A DNA stretch of 64,000 nucleotides, taken from Phoronis australis (taxonomy: Eukaryota; Animalia; Phoronida). The stretch lies in NCBI GenBank assembly GCA_002633005.1, contig NMRA01000215.1, positions 616,183-680,182 of the forward strand, in the 5' to 3' direction. The notes under the pieces were generated by a model. It had not been told where the DNA came from, did not search any database, and saw nothing but the letters and a program-made list of their open reading frames with translations. Both the position numbers and the translations under genes were made by a program. Below, in pieces: positions 26,401 to 39,000 of the stretch; the first letter of the stretch is position 1; every line of letters starts with the position of its first letter.

Positions 26401-27576
26401 CCGGATTCTTTGACTGTCTACTGGCTTATACTCACACGTCATTGCTGTCAGCCTCAATTTCTTTAACAGTGCAGTCAGTGGGATGTCCTTTTTCACACTG
26501 TCCCGCTTGCAAGAGAAGCAATTTAAAAAACCTGATCTCCTTGGTTCCCTTGATCATGTTCACTTGTCTGGTGAAACCTCCCTCCTCACCTGGATGATTA
26601 AGAGCATAATGAGGCAATTATGAATGAATGCATTTATAGTAAACAAGTTATTTTACTACTACAACCCTCGGAGAATGCCAACACATCGATCGCTCCACTT
26701 AATTTTTAAGACGGCACGTGAATAAAAAGACGTGTCCGAATACGCACGGCATAAGACGCTGACAGCCTGTACAGTGTTCAACTATGCTAATAACAAAGGC
26801 TGAAAAAGAAAACGTTGACATTATTTTCACCAAATCAGGCCGTATATTTAAAATCTGGTGTGAGGCTGCAAGGGGTTGGCAAAACCTCCCCCGGCACGAC
26901 GAAGCAAAACTGCCGAATACATGCAGTGTTGTTCCCCTAAAATTGTGTCTGCCCCCTGACAACATACTGTATAACCGCCAGCCTATACGCACACAAATGT
27001 GTTCCGTCCTCATGAACGGCACCCAATACTGTCCCTGCAACAGCCAGAAGAAATAGGCAAGTAGTCTTCATTCTGATCGCTGAATGTTGCGTCTCCGTGG
27101 TTTAATCGCAACTGGCAAAAATCTGTTAAAGTCTCAGTATTTAACGAATTGAAGGGCACATTTTTTATTTTTCTCTCAACAGGAACTGTATATCGTGGGA
27201 AAGCAACATAACGGTTTTAGAATTGATTTTATCCCTTTACTTTTTGAATTTCAAAGAATATGTAATTGATTGTTAGATCAACGGACCCGGACATGCCTGG
27301 AGTTTTGCAACATGAGAATGTTTGCTTGAGGAAATTATTGACGCGTCCTAAAAGCTCTACAACTAATCAAACAAAATTGAAAAAAGCAATGAAAGAAATG
27401 ACGATCGGCCTTACTCGTAAGTGAAATAGCATATAAAAGGATGTTAATTAGACGTGCATAAGAGGTACTGACCTTAATAGGGTCGCCCCGGATTACACGG
27501 CGATAGAACTCTCCTTTGTCCCGGAGACAAAGAAAGCGCGTGACCTAGTTTCGTGTCTCTCATTTATTGCGGGAAG

Positions 27577-28177
27577 GCAATAAATTTCAAATCACATCTT
27601 CACGGAAATTTGTCCATTTTATTAAACTTTATTTTCTCGTCCTAGTTGCAGTCCATAGCAAAGCAGTAATCCTTCGTTGGAATTGGAAAGACGAATAGAG
27701 TGCAACCGAAAAAGAAGTTTTAAGGAATCAGACGACAAAAATAGCATGTGAAACTACTGTGGAACGAAAACGAGGCACCAAATGTGCCTGACGGATGTTT
27801 ACGGTATTGTGGGTAAACACAGCTTATCCTATTGAATACATTTTACCGATTCATTTCCAATTGTTGTTGGTAACCATTAGACATCCAGCGGTTTGTTTAA
27901 TAGGGCAGTTCCGGATTACAGCGACACTCGAATCTCGCTGTATTTATTCACAATACCGTAAACACCCGTGAGGCACATTTGCTGCCTCATTTTTGTGCCA
28001 TTGGAGCTTCACATGTTATTTGTTGTTGTCTGATTCTGTACAAGGTTTTCTCGGTTGCATTACTCTATTCGTCATTCCAATGCTTATAAAGTATTACTGC
28101 CGGGCTGCGGGCTGCAACGCCGACGTGTGATAAACTGGACAAATATCCGTGGATGCGTTATGCTGAGCGTTATTGCA
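27577..28177. mobile_element. degenerate foldback/MITE with about 245 bp inverted arms
   Basis: 27577-27823 is the imperfect reverse complement of 27937-28177 (e.g. aatgtgcctgacggatgtttacggtattgtg / cacaataccgtaaacacccgtgaggcacattt). Confidence 0.75.
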
Positions 28178-28294
28178 ATTCAGAGGGTGGACCTCACTGT
28201 TTTGAGATAAAATTTGTTTTTGTTTGTTGAAACGTCGCCGTTTGTGGATTGTGTTTTCTATTTTGCATTTTTAACGGCCAGTAAAGCCGTCTTA

Positions 28295-28872
28295 AGCCCA
28301 GAGTCTGTTAGCAGCCCTGCAGCGATGTTGAGTAGTTGTAGCGAATACAGGGCCAGTTCGCCACCCAGTGAAGAGGACAGTTCGTCGTCCAATGAACAGA
28401 TTGGTGAGCTTGGGCTCAAACATATACCCACTCACTGACTGCCTGTGAAGAAAAAAACTCGTCACCACTGCTATGATCAATGTACCCGTCACTCACGTCA
28501 CTACAGTCATTGTTATATGGGTCGCCGGCTAGCTCCAGTCATTTTCGTATTACTACGAACTAAACAATTCCTAAATCCGACGTAATTGAGTTCTCTAACA
28601 ACCTGACTTGCCGTAGAATACTCGTCGATAGGAAGTGGTTACGATAATTTTAGAAAAACAGCAGGAAAACAATAGCAGAACAGATCCTCACAGTAAACAC
28701 AACTCAGAACCAAATTGGAGCGAAATTCGTGCCTCCAAAAACGTCACTTCCGGAGCAGATGACGAGTAATTAACTAAATTACGAAAAGCTGTAATTAAGT
28801 GAAAATATGTCTGAGATAATCAAGGAACCTTATTTTTGCTAAAAATGACATGAAAAATGGTTGCATTCGCCT
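28295..28872 (+). mobile_element. 5'-truncated Kolobok-like element (copy D)
   Basis: Homologous to the right half of copy A (SPAAMLSS...EEDSSS segment plus right TIR), ending GGTTGCATTCGCCT|TTAA. Confidence 0.75.
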
Positions 28873-29398
28873 TTAACAGTCAACGGTCAGCTGTGAACCC
28901 TGATGACCCATGCACCCACCTCTGTTGTACTGTACACTGTGAATTGTGGAGGTTCCAATCGGTGACTATCGAAACATTGCAGTTCCCTAACCCGTCGGTG
29001 AATTAGAAATCAGCGCCACCGATTGATCCCATATAATGCAGAGGATAGGGTTCAACCATAAAACTCGAGCATTGGAATGCTAACTCCAATGTCGCGATCG
29101 CTGAGGTTGCGCCGCGTTTGCGTGAGAGTCATTTACATTCGTTTGTTCGGGTGTGTGTACTTGTAGAATTTATGTCATTAAAACTTATCGCAACTCCGCC
29201 GTTTATCAAACAAAGTGCAGAAGAGCATTAAAAAGCCCTTTGTCAGTTCTTGATGATTATACCAGAAGCAAAAGATAAATAATTTAATTCATCAGTAGTT
29301 ATCATTTCGCTTTCTTGACTGGTTTAAAAAAATTTAAAACCAAGGATGTTGCGAAAATGCGAAAAAATTAACCTGTTGTAGTACCATAAAAAGAGAAG

Positions 29399-29470
29399 TG
29401 AGAGATTATATAACTGACTAGTAAAGCCATGAGTGAGAGATTATATAACTGACTAGTAAAGCCATGAGTG
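29399..29470. repeat. 35 bp direct duplication
   Basis: gtgagagattatataactgactagtaaagccatga twice. Confidence 0.85.
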
Positions 29471-30364
29471 AAATAATTTGAACGATTCAAAAGATTCCTA
29501 CCATTTAAAGATAAAGGTTTTAGAATATTGTTACCTCACACTCGCTGTGGATAATTTAGTCAGGCATTCATTCAAAATTATATATCTTCATATAATTAAT
29601 TGGAGCTTTAGAGCAGTTTGATACTATTACATTCCTCAGTAAAAAATCCAGAACGCAGTGACGTTGACGAAAAATGCGATAAACTACTCCGTCTAGTATC
29701 TATCCGAAATTTGCATACACAGGTAAAGATAGGGACAAACATCTATTACGTAGCTTTGAGATGCACTGTGGATAGTTCATCACATTGGTTGCAGTGTAGG
29801 ACTTTCCATAAGGTTTAGAAATAAAAACCTTTTTCTTCAGAAAGAAAAAGTGATCCTGATATATGTTGTGTATACGACTGTGAACAAGAGACATTGGAAC
29901 ACAAATTTACGATCGTTATACTAATTAAGGACATGGACTCTGGAAAATAACAATATTGATAAAAGAGACAACGTTATTTTGAACACGTGTTGCATAGTTG
30001 TTCTATTGGGTGCCGGGTTTGCCGGCCGTGAATCTCGTAGACACGAAGTCACGACTCCTTTCTGAAATGAAGTGGTTTATCACAACGGAAAATCACCCAG
30101 GGTCCTCACAAAAAGTCGCATCGACTGGTGCTTGTTCCATTTCCGACTTCAAACTTTCATAAAAATCCGTCTCAGGAACAAAACACGCTTAAAAGGCATC
30201 CACATCCCGGGGGTCACTCATTAAGGCATGAAACAGTTGAATAATGTGACCAAAAAGGGGCGATCATTGGCACACAATTGATACAAGGCACCTGCACAGG
30301 CCGAGTTTCTCCCAAAACTCTAAGGTACATGTACACTTGCAAGTGCCATATCATACCTGATAGT

Positions 30365-30401
30365 CACACACACACACGCACACACACGACACACACACAC
30401 A
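30365..30401. repeat. (CA)n microsatellite
   Basis: cacacacacacacgcacacacacgacacacacacaca. Confidence 0.9.
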
Positions 30402-31108
30402 AAAGCATTACTTCCTTGGGGGAGTTAATAATCAGATGATCTATGTTATGTTGTGTCTTATTAGAAAATTGGTAACTGTGGTGCTTAAAAATTGAGCTCC
30501 GTTGACATTTTAAAAAAAATTTCCGCTTGTGCATAGGATTTTTTCTTATCGAAATATATCTTGTAGTATAAGCGATAGATGTCACTGCTGTACTCTAATT
30601 GTCTGTCAGAATCCTTCCGTGGGGGGGGGGTTCCATTTTTGATTGGTACACTTTCCGCTACATATTCCATATTTTGTCAGTAAATTTACGTAGAATTGAA
30701 AAATTAGTTGTGGGACGCACGCCTGTACAATTGATCGTTAAACCGCACCAAACTCTGAGTATAAAAACTCTCTCAGTTGTGAGTTGCTAAGTGACATTTC
30801 TACCTTACACATTTCATATTTGTAATCCTAAAAAGCAAATATAAAAATGTCCACCAGTTTGTTCCTTTTTAAAGAAAATGTATTGAAAAGTTCTAGTTCT
30901 CGAGCACATTCTGGAGTTTATTGCTTTTTTCTGTGAAAATTGTATTTGGTCATTTATCAATGAATTTTCCGTGTCTCGTTGTGCTCGGTACCCTGCGGCA
31001 GTAATGCCACTTAAAAACATCCGCAGCACGCGATGTCTCTCAAAATTGGGGTGATATAAACTTCACTAGTGATGCTCTGGAGACAGCATGTGTTTCGGGC
31101 TCACACAG

Positions 31109-31354
31109 CTGGGTCGAGTTCAGTAGCACTAGAATCTCGTTAAAAAGCAAGACCTCGTGAGAGGTTGCGATGTATTTTAAACGACAACACGTGACTTTGG
31201 CGAGGTCTTATCGTTACTGCCCCTGGTCGAGTTCAGTAGCTATCTCGCGGCTAGAAAAATCTAGCCAAAATCACGCGTTCTCACGGCAATATCCCACGTA
31301 ATCTCACAAAGTCTTGTTTTAGCAAGGTATTAGCGTTTCTGAACTGTACCCTGG
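31109..31354. mobile_element. short MITE with about 60 bp imperfect TIRs
   Basis: CTGGGTCGAGTTCAGTAGCACTAG...AAGACCTCGTGAGA vs TCTCACAAAGTCTT...TTAGCGTTTCTGAACTGTACCCTGG; the left terminus is repeated internally at about 31222. Confidence 0.6.
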
Positions 31355-32689
31355 TCACTGTTATGCTTTAGCTTCATGACCTTTTGACCCATCCATGAGT
31401 TCTTGCGATTGGTTTGGGAGAGAACGTGTCACGGTCACCTAGCGGATCAAAAATGTTAAACATTTCTGGCAATGTTGGTGCTGGAAGGTATTTTCCTCCG
31501 TATGGCGGCCTGGGGCTCTCCCTCAGAAATTTACGTATTTAAGTCTCATCGGGTGCTTTCAAAAGGCCTTGAGATGCCTTGTTGACGTGCTTATGGAAAA
31601 TGGTGCCATACCGGTTCCGTGTGCCGTGCATGTACGATAAAAACTTTCTGTTCGGTGAAAAAAAATCCTGTGGACATCGGCTGGTTCACTTCCGCGTATT
31701 GTGTATCTGATGTTTCGAAATCAGCAAAAGCGAACCATTTGTTAGGAACGTGGTCTGTAAACAGCTGTTTGTGGGCTCTAACAAAGCATGTAATTACAAG
31801 AACCATTTGCCCTCGAAAACTACAATCGATTGACACAAATCTAGATTTGTTTATTTTTAAAGCTATATTAAATCTTGGAAAATTTCAACAGTTGGCAACA
31901 TCGGAAGGCTCTAACAAATGACCGATCAGATTTAAATGGATCTCTCAAATGTGATGATGTGTTACTGTTCTCAAGATCTGGTTGACTTGTATTTTCTGTT
32001 TATACAGAGTGAAACTGGTCCAGCAAAGCGTGTGAGCCCTAGTCACTCAACTACCTTTAGACAAGCATACCTCTAAGCACTAGTTTAGCCTCTATCACGT
32101 GGTAACTGCGTCTATCACAAACAAGTCTTACGCCAAAAATCGTTTGATTTAGGACACTGACCGGAGAAAAGCTAATCTAATGTTATTCCATAGTCAGATT
32201 AATGGCGACGCTAAAGCATGGGACGAATTTCAAGTTCGTTATTGTTGTAGAACCGACTAAAAGTTACCTCGTCACGGGAGGCTCATGGGATACACCAGGC
32301 ACTATCTCAAGCATTTTTCGAAGAGTCAGATCATTCCACGACTCAACACTATTCCTCGTCCGAGTAGGCCTACGGAATACATATGTAGCCAGTCGGCCAG
32401 AACCTTGGAAGTCTTTTACATCAAATTGTTATAGCGAACAACACATATCGCAATCACCCGAAACCATCGCTGATCAATATTTGGGGGTCGCCATGTTCAG
32501 ATTTGCACATTAACGAAGTTGTTAACGTTTTAAGTGTAAGTATTCTCCTTATAGCTTGCTTCATGGAGATGAGGTAACTACATGTATACACGTAAATAAG
32601 TCATTTCAGGTCTTTACGTCAGCACCGGTCTGGTTATGCTATCTAATAATAATTCACTCTAGCGAATGAACAGCAGGTTCACAACCAGA

Positions 32690-33640
32690 GAATAACTTCA
32701 TGCATAATTCTAACTTAGTCGCCGGATTCTACAGCCCAAAAACAAGTTGGGAAGATAACCCCTGTAGCCACTATCTTACACGATTGATTAACTCCATTCT
32801 GGCATTTATGGTTGGAGGGCCAGCTCTCGATCCAATTTCAAGTGTCAAATTCGCAACACGGCTTATTCCGTCGTCTGCTCCACTGGGCAATGAAGAAAAA
32901 TTACTTCATTTTTAAAGAAAATGTAATCTGAGTGACGATAAAAAACAGAAACTGCTGGTAAGATGTGAACTTTAATCGAAGCCTTAGTGAATCACTCAGA
33001 AACTCATAATTCTCTCTTTGTCAAACTGACTTAAGACGATTTCCAAAGCAATCCCGTCATTATTGCCAACACGAAAAACGGATTTGGTTTTTTGGGTATT
33101 TGAAGACTATCTTAAATACAACAGATTTGTTAAGAACCGATTGCACAAAATATAAAACGTGTAATAAACATTACAAAAAGAAGTAGGTTTCGCGCGCAAA
33201 CGCTATGGACCATAAACAAGTAGGTCTCTTAGTGTTAGCAATAAATCGTTGTGGTGTAGTGGTAAAGCACGCGCGCGCGCTAACCGCCAGTTCGTGAGTT
33301 CGAGTCTCTGGAACATGTTTGACCCGTTGTCAGTGTATTTTGGCTTTTTTTCTTGGATAATACTTCAGGAATCAAGGAAAATGCTTGATTTTTGGAGGAA
33401 AAAACAGAAAAATTTCCTTGGCAAACCCCCCTCCCGACCTCCCCCCATTCGGTGCTATGCGCATCTACAATCGTGGTTTGCGCAAATGCTTACAGCCGGA
33501 CAAAATATTGACACCCCTTGTGATATTCTAGATCCGCCACTGGCTTGGTAGTTAACAAAGGAGCTAGATGTTATCACACGCTCACAACCCTCTCGACTGG
33601 TAAAGTCACTGAACGAGAGAACGACGTCATGGAACATGAT
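32690..33640. repeat. old dispersed repeat, homologous to 62630-63125 (interrupted by later insertions)
   Basis: Shared blocks gattcta(c/t)agccca..aacaagttgg..acccctgtagcca and ttaacaaag.agctagatgttatcacacgctcacaaccc..ctggtaaagtcactg. Confidence 0.7.
33246..33320 (+). mobile_element. tRNA-derived SINE head (degenerate)
   Basis: A-box TGGTGTAGTGG and B-box GAGTTCGAGTC at tRNA-like spacing, but no convincing acceptor or anticodon stems. Confidence 0.5.
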
Positions 33641-34217
33641 TTTATCGTCAAACCTTAAGTTGCTGACTCGTCTGGCTGACTATAGAACAAATGTTCTCTG
33701 TATGTGACCCTGCTTCTCATTGTCTACCATAAACCGTATTAGCTAAACAATGGGAGTGTTTAGGCTACTTGCTGACCTGAAATAGCCACCTCTTTATCAT
33801 AATTATACGGCAAGCAGAGAATAATCCCAACCTAACACGTTGCTAATCTCAGCGATAGTTTTGATTGATTGGGATACAATGAATGTATGTGTTGTTTACA
33901 TTTAACATGAATTTGCCATAAAACTTTATTTAAAAGTTTTGTGCTGGTTGACTGGAGCAGGTTGATACAATTTTAAAGAGTAAAAGTATTTTTAACACTC
34001 CAAGGCGACTTTATAGCTGTTTTATATGGTTACCAGAATAAATTTGAAAATCCCTTTCTAAATCTGCTAAATGGGCAAGCACGACTAACTACTTGGGTGA
34101 ATTGTACATCAGCGTACTTCTTGCGCAGAGAAAAGCGAGATTATTAGACCGAAAGGTGAGTGTTCCACGAGTAAGCTCGGGAATTTATTAGCGTGGTCTA
34201 ACAAAACGGCCGCCTCT

Positions 34218-34372
34218 CAGTGGCGGATTAAGAGGGGGCTAAGGGGGCCATGTCCCCCCTCTAAAATTCTCCCAGTTTCCAGTTGGCTGTTCGGAGGTGC
34301 GAATATCCGATGGNGGCTAATACTGTGCCCGCCTCCCCCCCCCCCCAACTAAAAATCCAAGATCCTCGCCTG
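34218..34372. mobile_element. short GC-rich MITE (CAGTGGCGGAT...GATCC..CCTG type)
   Basis: cagtggcggattaagaggggg...ccccc...aagatcctcgcctg; a related right end (tctagatccgccactg) occurs at about 33527-33542. Confidence 0.55.
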
Positions 34373-35786
34373 CCTCTTTAGCGACTAGTCGGCGTGTCTG
34401 GAATGTTAAATCGGGATAAAATTCGAGTTCTCCGCCCCTTAAACAAACGTGAATGTTAAGCTTAACGCTACACAAGATTGCATAAAACTATACAAACTGA
34501 ACATGGGAAACCAAGTCCAACAAAAATTAAGGACGACTAGTTCGCAAGAAAACTCGTGCATACCAAAAACTAGAGGCCACCTATGGAGTGATTGATCGGC
34601 AGTGCCGCAATGTTCAATAAACGAAGATATATCTACGGGTCTTGCGTTCACAGAAAGCAGCCCTCAGTACTCAGACGACCATGTACGTCGTTAAATTACG
34701 TGGTCATACAAATTCAACACAATAAGGCAGCGCTCACATGTATAACATTATCATTCGAGGGATAGAGAGATAGGAAAGATGACGATTTGTGACAGCAGGA
34801 GGCGACGGGGGTAGACTCACGGTGACATCATCATGTGGTTTATTAGAATATGTGTGTCACAATACCCCAATGTTAACAAAAATATTCTGATATTTCTCAA
34901 ATGTATAACAAAAATAATTTTTTTCTATATGGATGTCAAGAACTCAACCCAAATGAAAACAAGGTTTTATTCGAAATAGTATCAAAATTTCTTTTTAATA
35001 TAAAATCTTTTTGTGTAAGTGGATTGAATTGTTTTCATGTAAAATAACTTATTGTGTATGAAAATGATTTATTTACCTTCGTAATCATATGTCATTGTAA
35101 TCTTAACATCAGTTTTTTAATTTATGTATTTGTGTATAATAATTGTATGTAGTTTTCTTTGTACTTAATGCCTCTTCGCGCTTTCTGCGCAATGTATATT
35201 CATTGTACTGAAGATTTCGTAATAAACTAAAAAAATAATTAATACACGAACATATGGCTGGGAAACCGGTTCACGTTCGGGGGAATTTACGAGCCGTTTC
35301 ACGCATCCAAAACTTGCATATTTCATTAGGTTTACACAGTACACAGACAAACTACAGACCCACTCCATCACTGTCAGGCTAAACATGGGGGTAGCTGTGA
35401 TGACGTAATTAAATGGAGCACACATATGTTATCCTACAAACACACAATACTGCTGCATACATGTAGCTGCACACCTGAAGAAAGGAGATTGTTACGAGCG
35501 ACTCCGTATCAAGCTTTCGAACAAAAAGTTTAGTTGTGTTTTCAATGAAGTTTGAGTTAACAAAGTGACGTATGCAACACCGATATTTTCGTATAATGAT
35601 ATGGGATAAAGGGGTGTTATACCAAGAAGACGGGTCATGGCGGAGGGGGAAGGTATAACGTGGCAAATTTTGAATGGGGAATATGTGAACCCACCCTGAG
35701 TTGTTTGACCTCGCCTCTCGAAAAATAAAGGATAATTTTGTCACCAGCAGCTTAGTATCCAGCAGAGCGTACGCATAATTAATCCA

Positions 35787-36074
35787 CTAAATGCCGTCCG
35801 TTGTCTTCCTCGCTGCCAATACCAGTGTGACAGCGAGAGCTACAAGACTTGGCACTTTTTTGACACCAGATCCCAGTGCGTTGTCACTCAAGACTTCTGG
35901 TGGTGGAACAATCTTTAAATCAGAGTAGCCGGTCTCAATTATCCGAGTGTATACCACGGCAAATTCTCTGAGCCACAGTTCGTTGTCGTATACGTATTCT
36001 AGAAAAATGCCAGCTGTTGGAGAAAATTCACAGTTGTTGGCCCATGTAACTGCTGCTTTTCCAGAAAAGGAGAT
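35787..36074 (-). CDS. peroxidase exon 6 (C-terminal helices and hydrophobic tail)
   Basis: ttttcAG|ISFSGKAAVTWANNCEFSPTAGIFLEYVYDNELWLREFAVVYTRIIETGY...LVALAVTLVLAARKTTDGI-stop. Confidence 0.88.
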   Translation of the reverse strand: MSFSGKAAVTWANNCEFSPTAGIFLEYVYDNELWLREFAVVYTRIIETGYSDLKIVPPPEVLSDNALGSGVKKVPSLVALAVTLVLAARKTTDGI

Positions 36075-39000
36075 CTGAAAAGAATTAACATTATGCCGTG
36101 AAGATTTTATATTAATAAACACAGCAAAATAGATTTTTCAATCACTGAAGCCTTGAAAATTAGCAAACCATAGTATTGATTTTTTCTGAAAATCGCGTCA
36201 GTGGTGTTGTTTTTTAGTTGCCAATAACAGGAACTAAACGCCAAGGCTAGAATAACGTGATCCACACTTAACAAAATGCAGTTGTATTCCGCATTATGCA
36301 GTGTTATTCCCCAGCACCACGTCACGATACTAACTGGCAGTGATTTGTGGCCGATCAGTTTCGCAAAAAACTCGTTCTTAAAAACATTTGGGAAATGTCA
36401 AAATATTTCATATTCACATCGTCGCTATATGTTGTCTTTGTAACTAATTTGGCCAAGATTTCATAGAGATAACGAATTAGCCTGCAAGTTCATTGAGATC
36501 AAAGTTCTCAATCACGTAATGATTTTATGAGAAATACGGAGGCGTCATTAAAGGCGAAAGCAACCTTTTTATGTCATTTTTAGCAAAAATAAGGTTCGTT
36601 GGTTATTCCAGACTTATTTTTCATTTAATTACAGCTTTTAGTAATTTAATTAATTAATTACTCGTGTTCTACTCCGGAGGTGACGTTTTGGGAGGCAAGA
36701 ATTTCGCGCCAATTTCTTTTCAAATAGTCTGAGTGTGAGAGCTGTCGAGTCAGTCATTGTTCTACCTCGGTTGTGGTAAGTTTGATCGTCGTTTGCTTTT
36801 GTTTACGAGTCAGACAACATGCCACACTGTTGCTGCGTACCGGGATGTATTCATTATTTTCTCACGCGCGCTTTGGGAATACCAGGCTTTGCATCGCTTT
36901 CCAAAGGATGACACACTTCGCCGTACTTGGCTCGTTCGTGTGGAGAACGCAGCGTTACCCGTCAATGAACGCAACGTTCAAAGCAGTGGAGGGTTACCGA
37001 GTGTGTGGCAAGCATTTTTGCCGTCAGATTACGAAAGAGATATGTCCGCGGAATTGATGAAGGTCCCTGCGAAACAACGCTTGAAGAAGAGTGCGATACC
37101 GTAACTGTTGATTCCCGGCAGTGCTCCGTCGCCACCCCCGAGAAGCGGGAAGCCTCGCGAGCTATGGCCACTACAGTGACTGGAGGCACTTCATCTACTG
37201 CCACCCTTGTCTCCGAACGTACCCCCAGAGCGTGCAATTCCGGGAACTAGCAGTGATTCGCCCTTTGCTGTTGTCTCTAACACAGAGCCTTTAAGCAGCC
37301 ATGCAGCGAAGTCGAGTTGTGGAAATGAATACAGGTCCAGTTCGAAACCCATTGAAGAGGACAGTTCGTCGTGCAACAAACAGATCGGTGAGGCAAACTT
37401 TCATAAGTTTATTGTGGACTTGTCTAAAGTATTGGAGCTATTTAGAAAAAGGCAGGTGTGTGGCGCCGAGGGAGTCACACTGCGGGATGTAACAGTAAGC
37501 AGTTTGGGTGCTCAGGTCACCATCCAGTGGAAGTGTGTCGCGGGACACTGGGGCAAGTGGGAGTTGTGCCTGTGCGTACTCTGTCTCATTATAGGCCAAC
37601 TCGGGCTCAAACACACAAAGTATACCCACCCACTGACTGTCCGTGAACAAATTCCTCGTCACCACTGCTACACGAACAATGTCTCCGTTACTCACGTCAC
37701 CACTGTCACTGTGATACGGGTCGCCGACTCCAGTCATTTTCAGATTAATACAAACTAAAGAATCCCTAAATCCAACGTAACTGGGTTCTCTAACAACCTA
37801 GTTTGTCCTAGAAAACTCGTCGGTGGAAAGTGGTGACGATAATTTTAGAAAAACAGCCCGAATACAAAATTAGTACAGATCCTCACACTTAACGCAGAGC
37901 CAAATTGGCGCGAAATTCCTGCTTCCCAAAACGTCACTTCCGGAGTAAAGGGCGAGTAATTAATCAAATTACGAAAAATTACAATTAAGTGTAAAATATG
38001 TTTGAGATAACCAAAGAACCTTATTTTTGCTAATGACATGAAAAAAGATTGCCTTCGCCTTTAAGTGTCAACAGTGCAGACCGAGAGGCGTGGTAGTAGC
38101 CATGCAGTCGAAGTTTAACGATGTCTGTTCTATGTAGAAACTGCGGAAGGATCCGACCTTCGAACTGACTAACAAATTCATTCAAACGCCATCTAGCTTC
38201 TAATTTTAGAAGAACTTAATTGCCTGTGTTACTTGATTACCTTACAATCCCTTATCAAACTGATGTCCACGTTCAACATCATGACGTCATCAACAGACAT
38301 GTTGGTCGGCACTCCTGCCGCTTTTCCAAGATCAGAGGATTTCACCCACTGGTAGCTGAAAGCACAGTCAACTTTGCTCAGTCAGCACCTCATAAATAGT
38401 AAGTGTACTATTACGTGTCACGTTTCCCATATCCGGTAACGTAAATGTGTAGAAAAATAAGCTCTCATTTGCCAAATAGACAGGGAAAACAACATGTTTT
38501 TATGTAACTATACTTACTGATCTGTATCGTTGGGGTGCGTTTTTAGGTTAATTTGCGTCCATTCCAAGGTCGAATTAAGCAGGTCCTTATAGAAAGCATT
38601 GTCCAACCACGCCGGTTCTTTAACCCACGGACCTTGAAAACCCGACGACTCTATTCGTGCCTGCAACATACAATGTTCTTCGCTTTTGATCCAGCCGCTC
38701 AACCAAGGGTTCAAAATATTTCGAATCAATATGGCAAACAGGTTCCAGAGTAAAGCTCGCCAACATTAATTTCCCGGCTGTTCTCACCAGGATTGAAATT
38801 GCACGTGATCTCTTATGGGATTTGCCCAATTCAGATTTGATAGAATCTATTATCTCCGACGGTATTTTGATCTGACACTGCGACCTTCATACAATTATAT
38901 TCCACCTAAATACTCCAAAAAGTCAATTTCGTCGCGGGAAAGTTTGTCAAGTGATGGCATTCATGAAACCAGTAAAGTCAACATTTACTCGGTTTGGCGA

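Noticed and set aside
26156-27056. Cluster of 60-110 aa ORFs as possible exons
   Set aside because: No recognisable motif or consistent splice phases; probably decayed transposon sequence.
32200-32513. Possible MULE transposase motif (minus strand PTRTRNSVESWN)
   Set aside because: A single short resemblance to RTNNxxExWH without other supporting motifs; not enough to classify.
33246-33320. tRNA gene
   Set aside because: A and B boxes are present, but no proper cloverleaf or poly-T terminator; treated as a SINE head (same for 42035).
37207-37758. 183-aa ORF as a host gene (also 12710-13003, 60877-61242, 61043-61381)
   Set aside because: Lies within TTAA-flanked TIR elements and is frameshifted differently in each copy.
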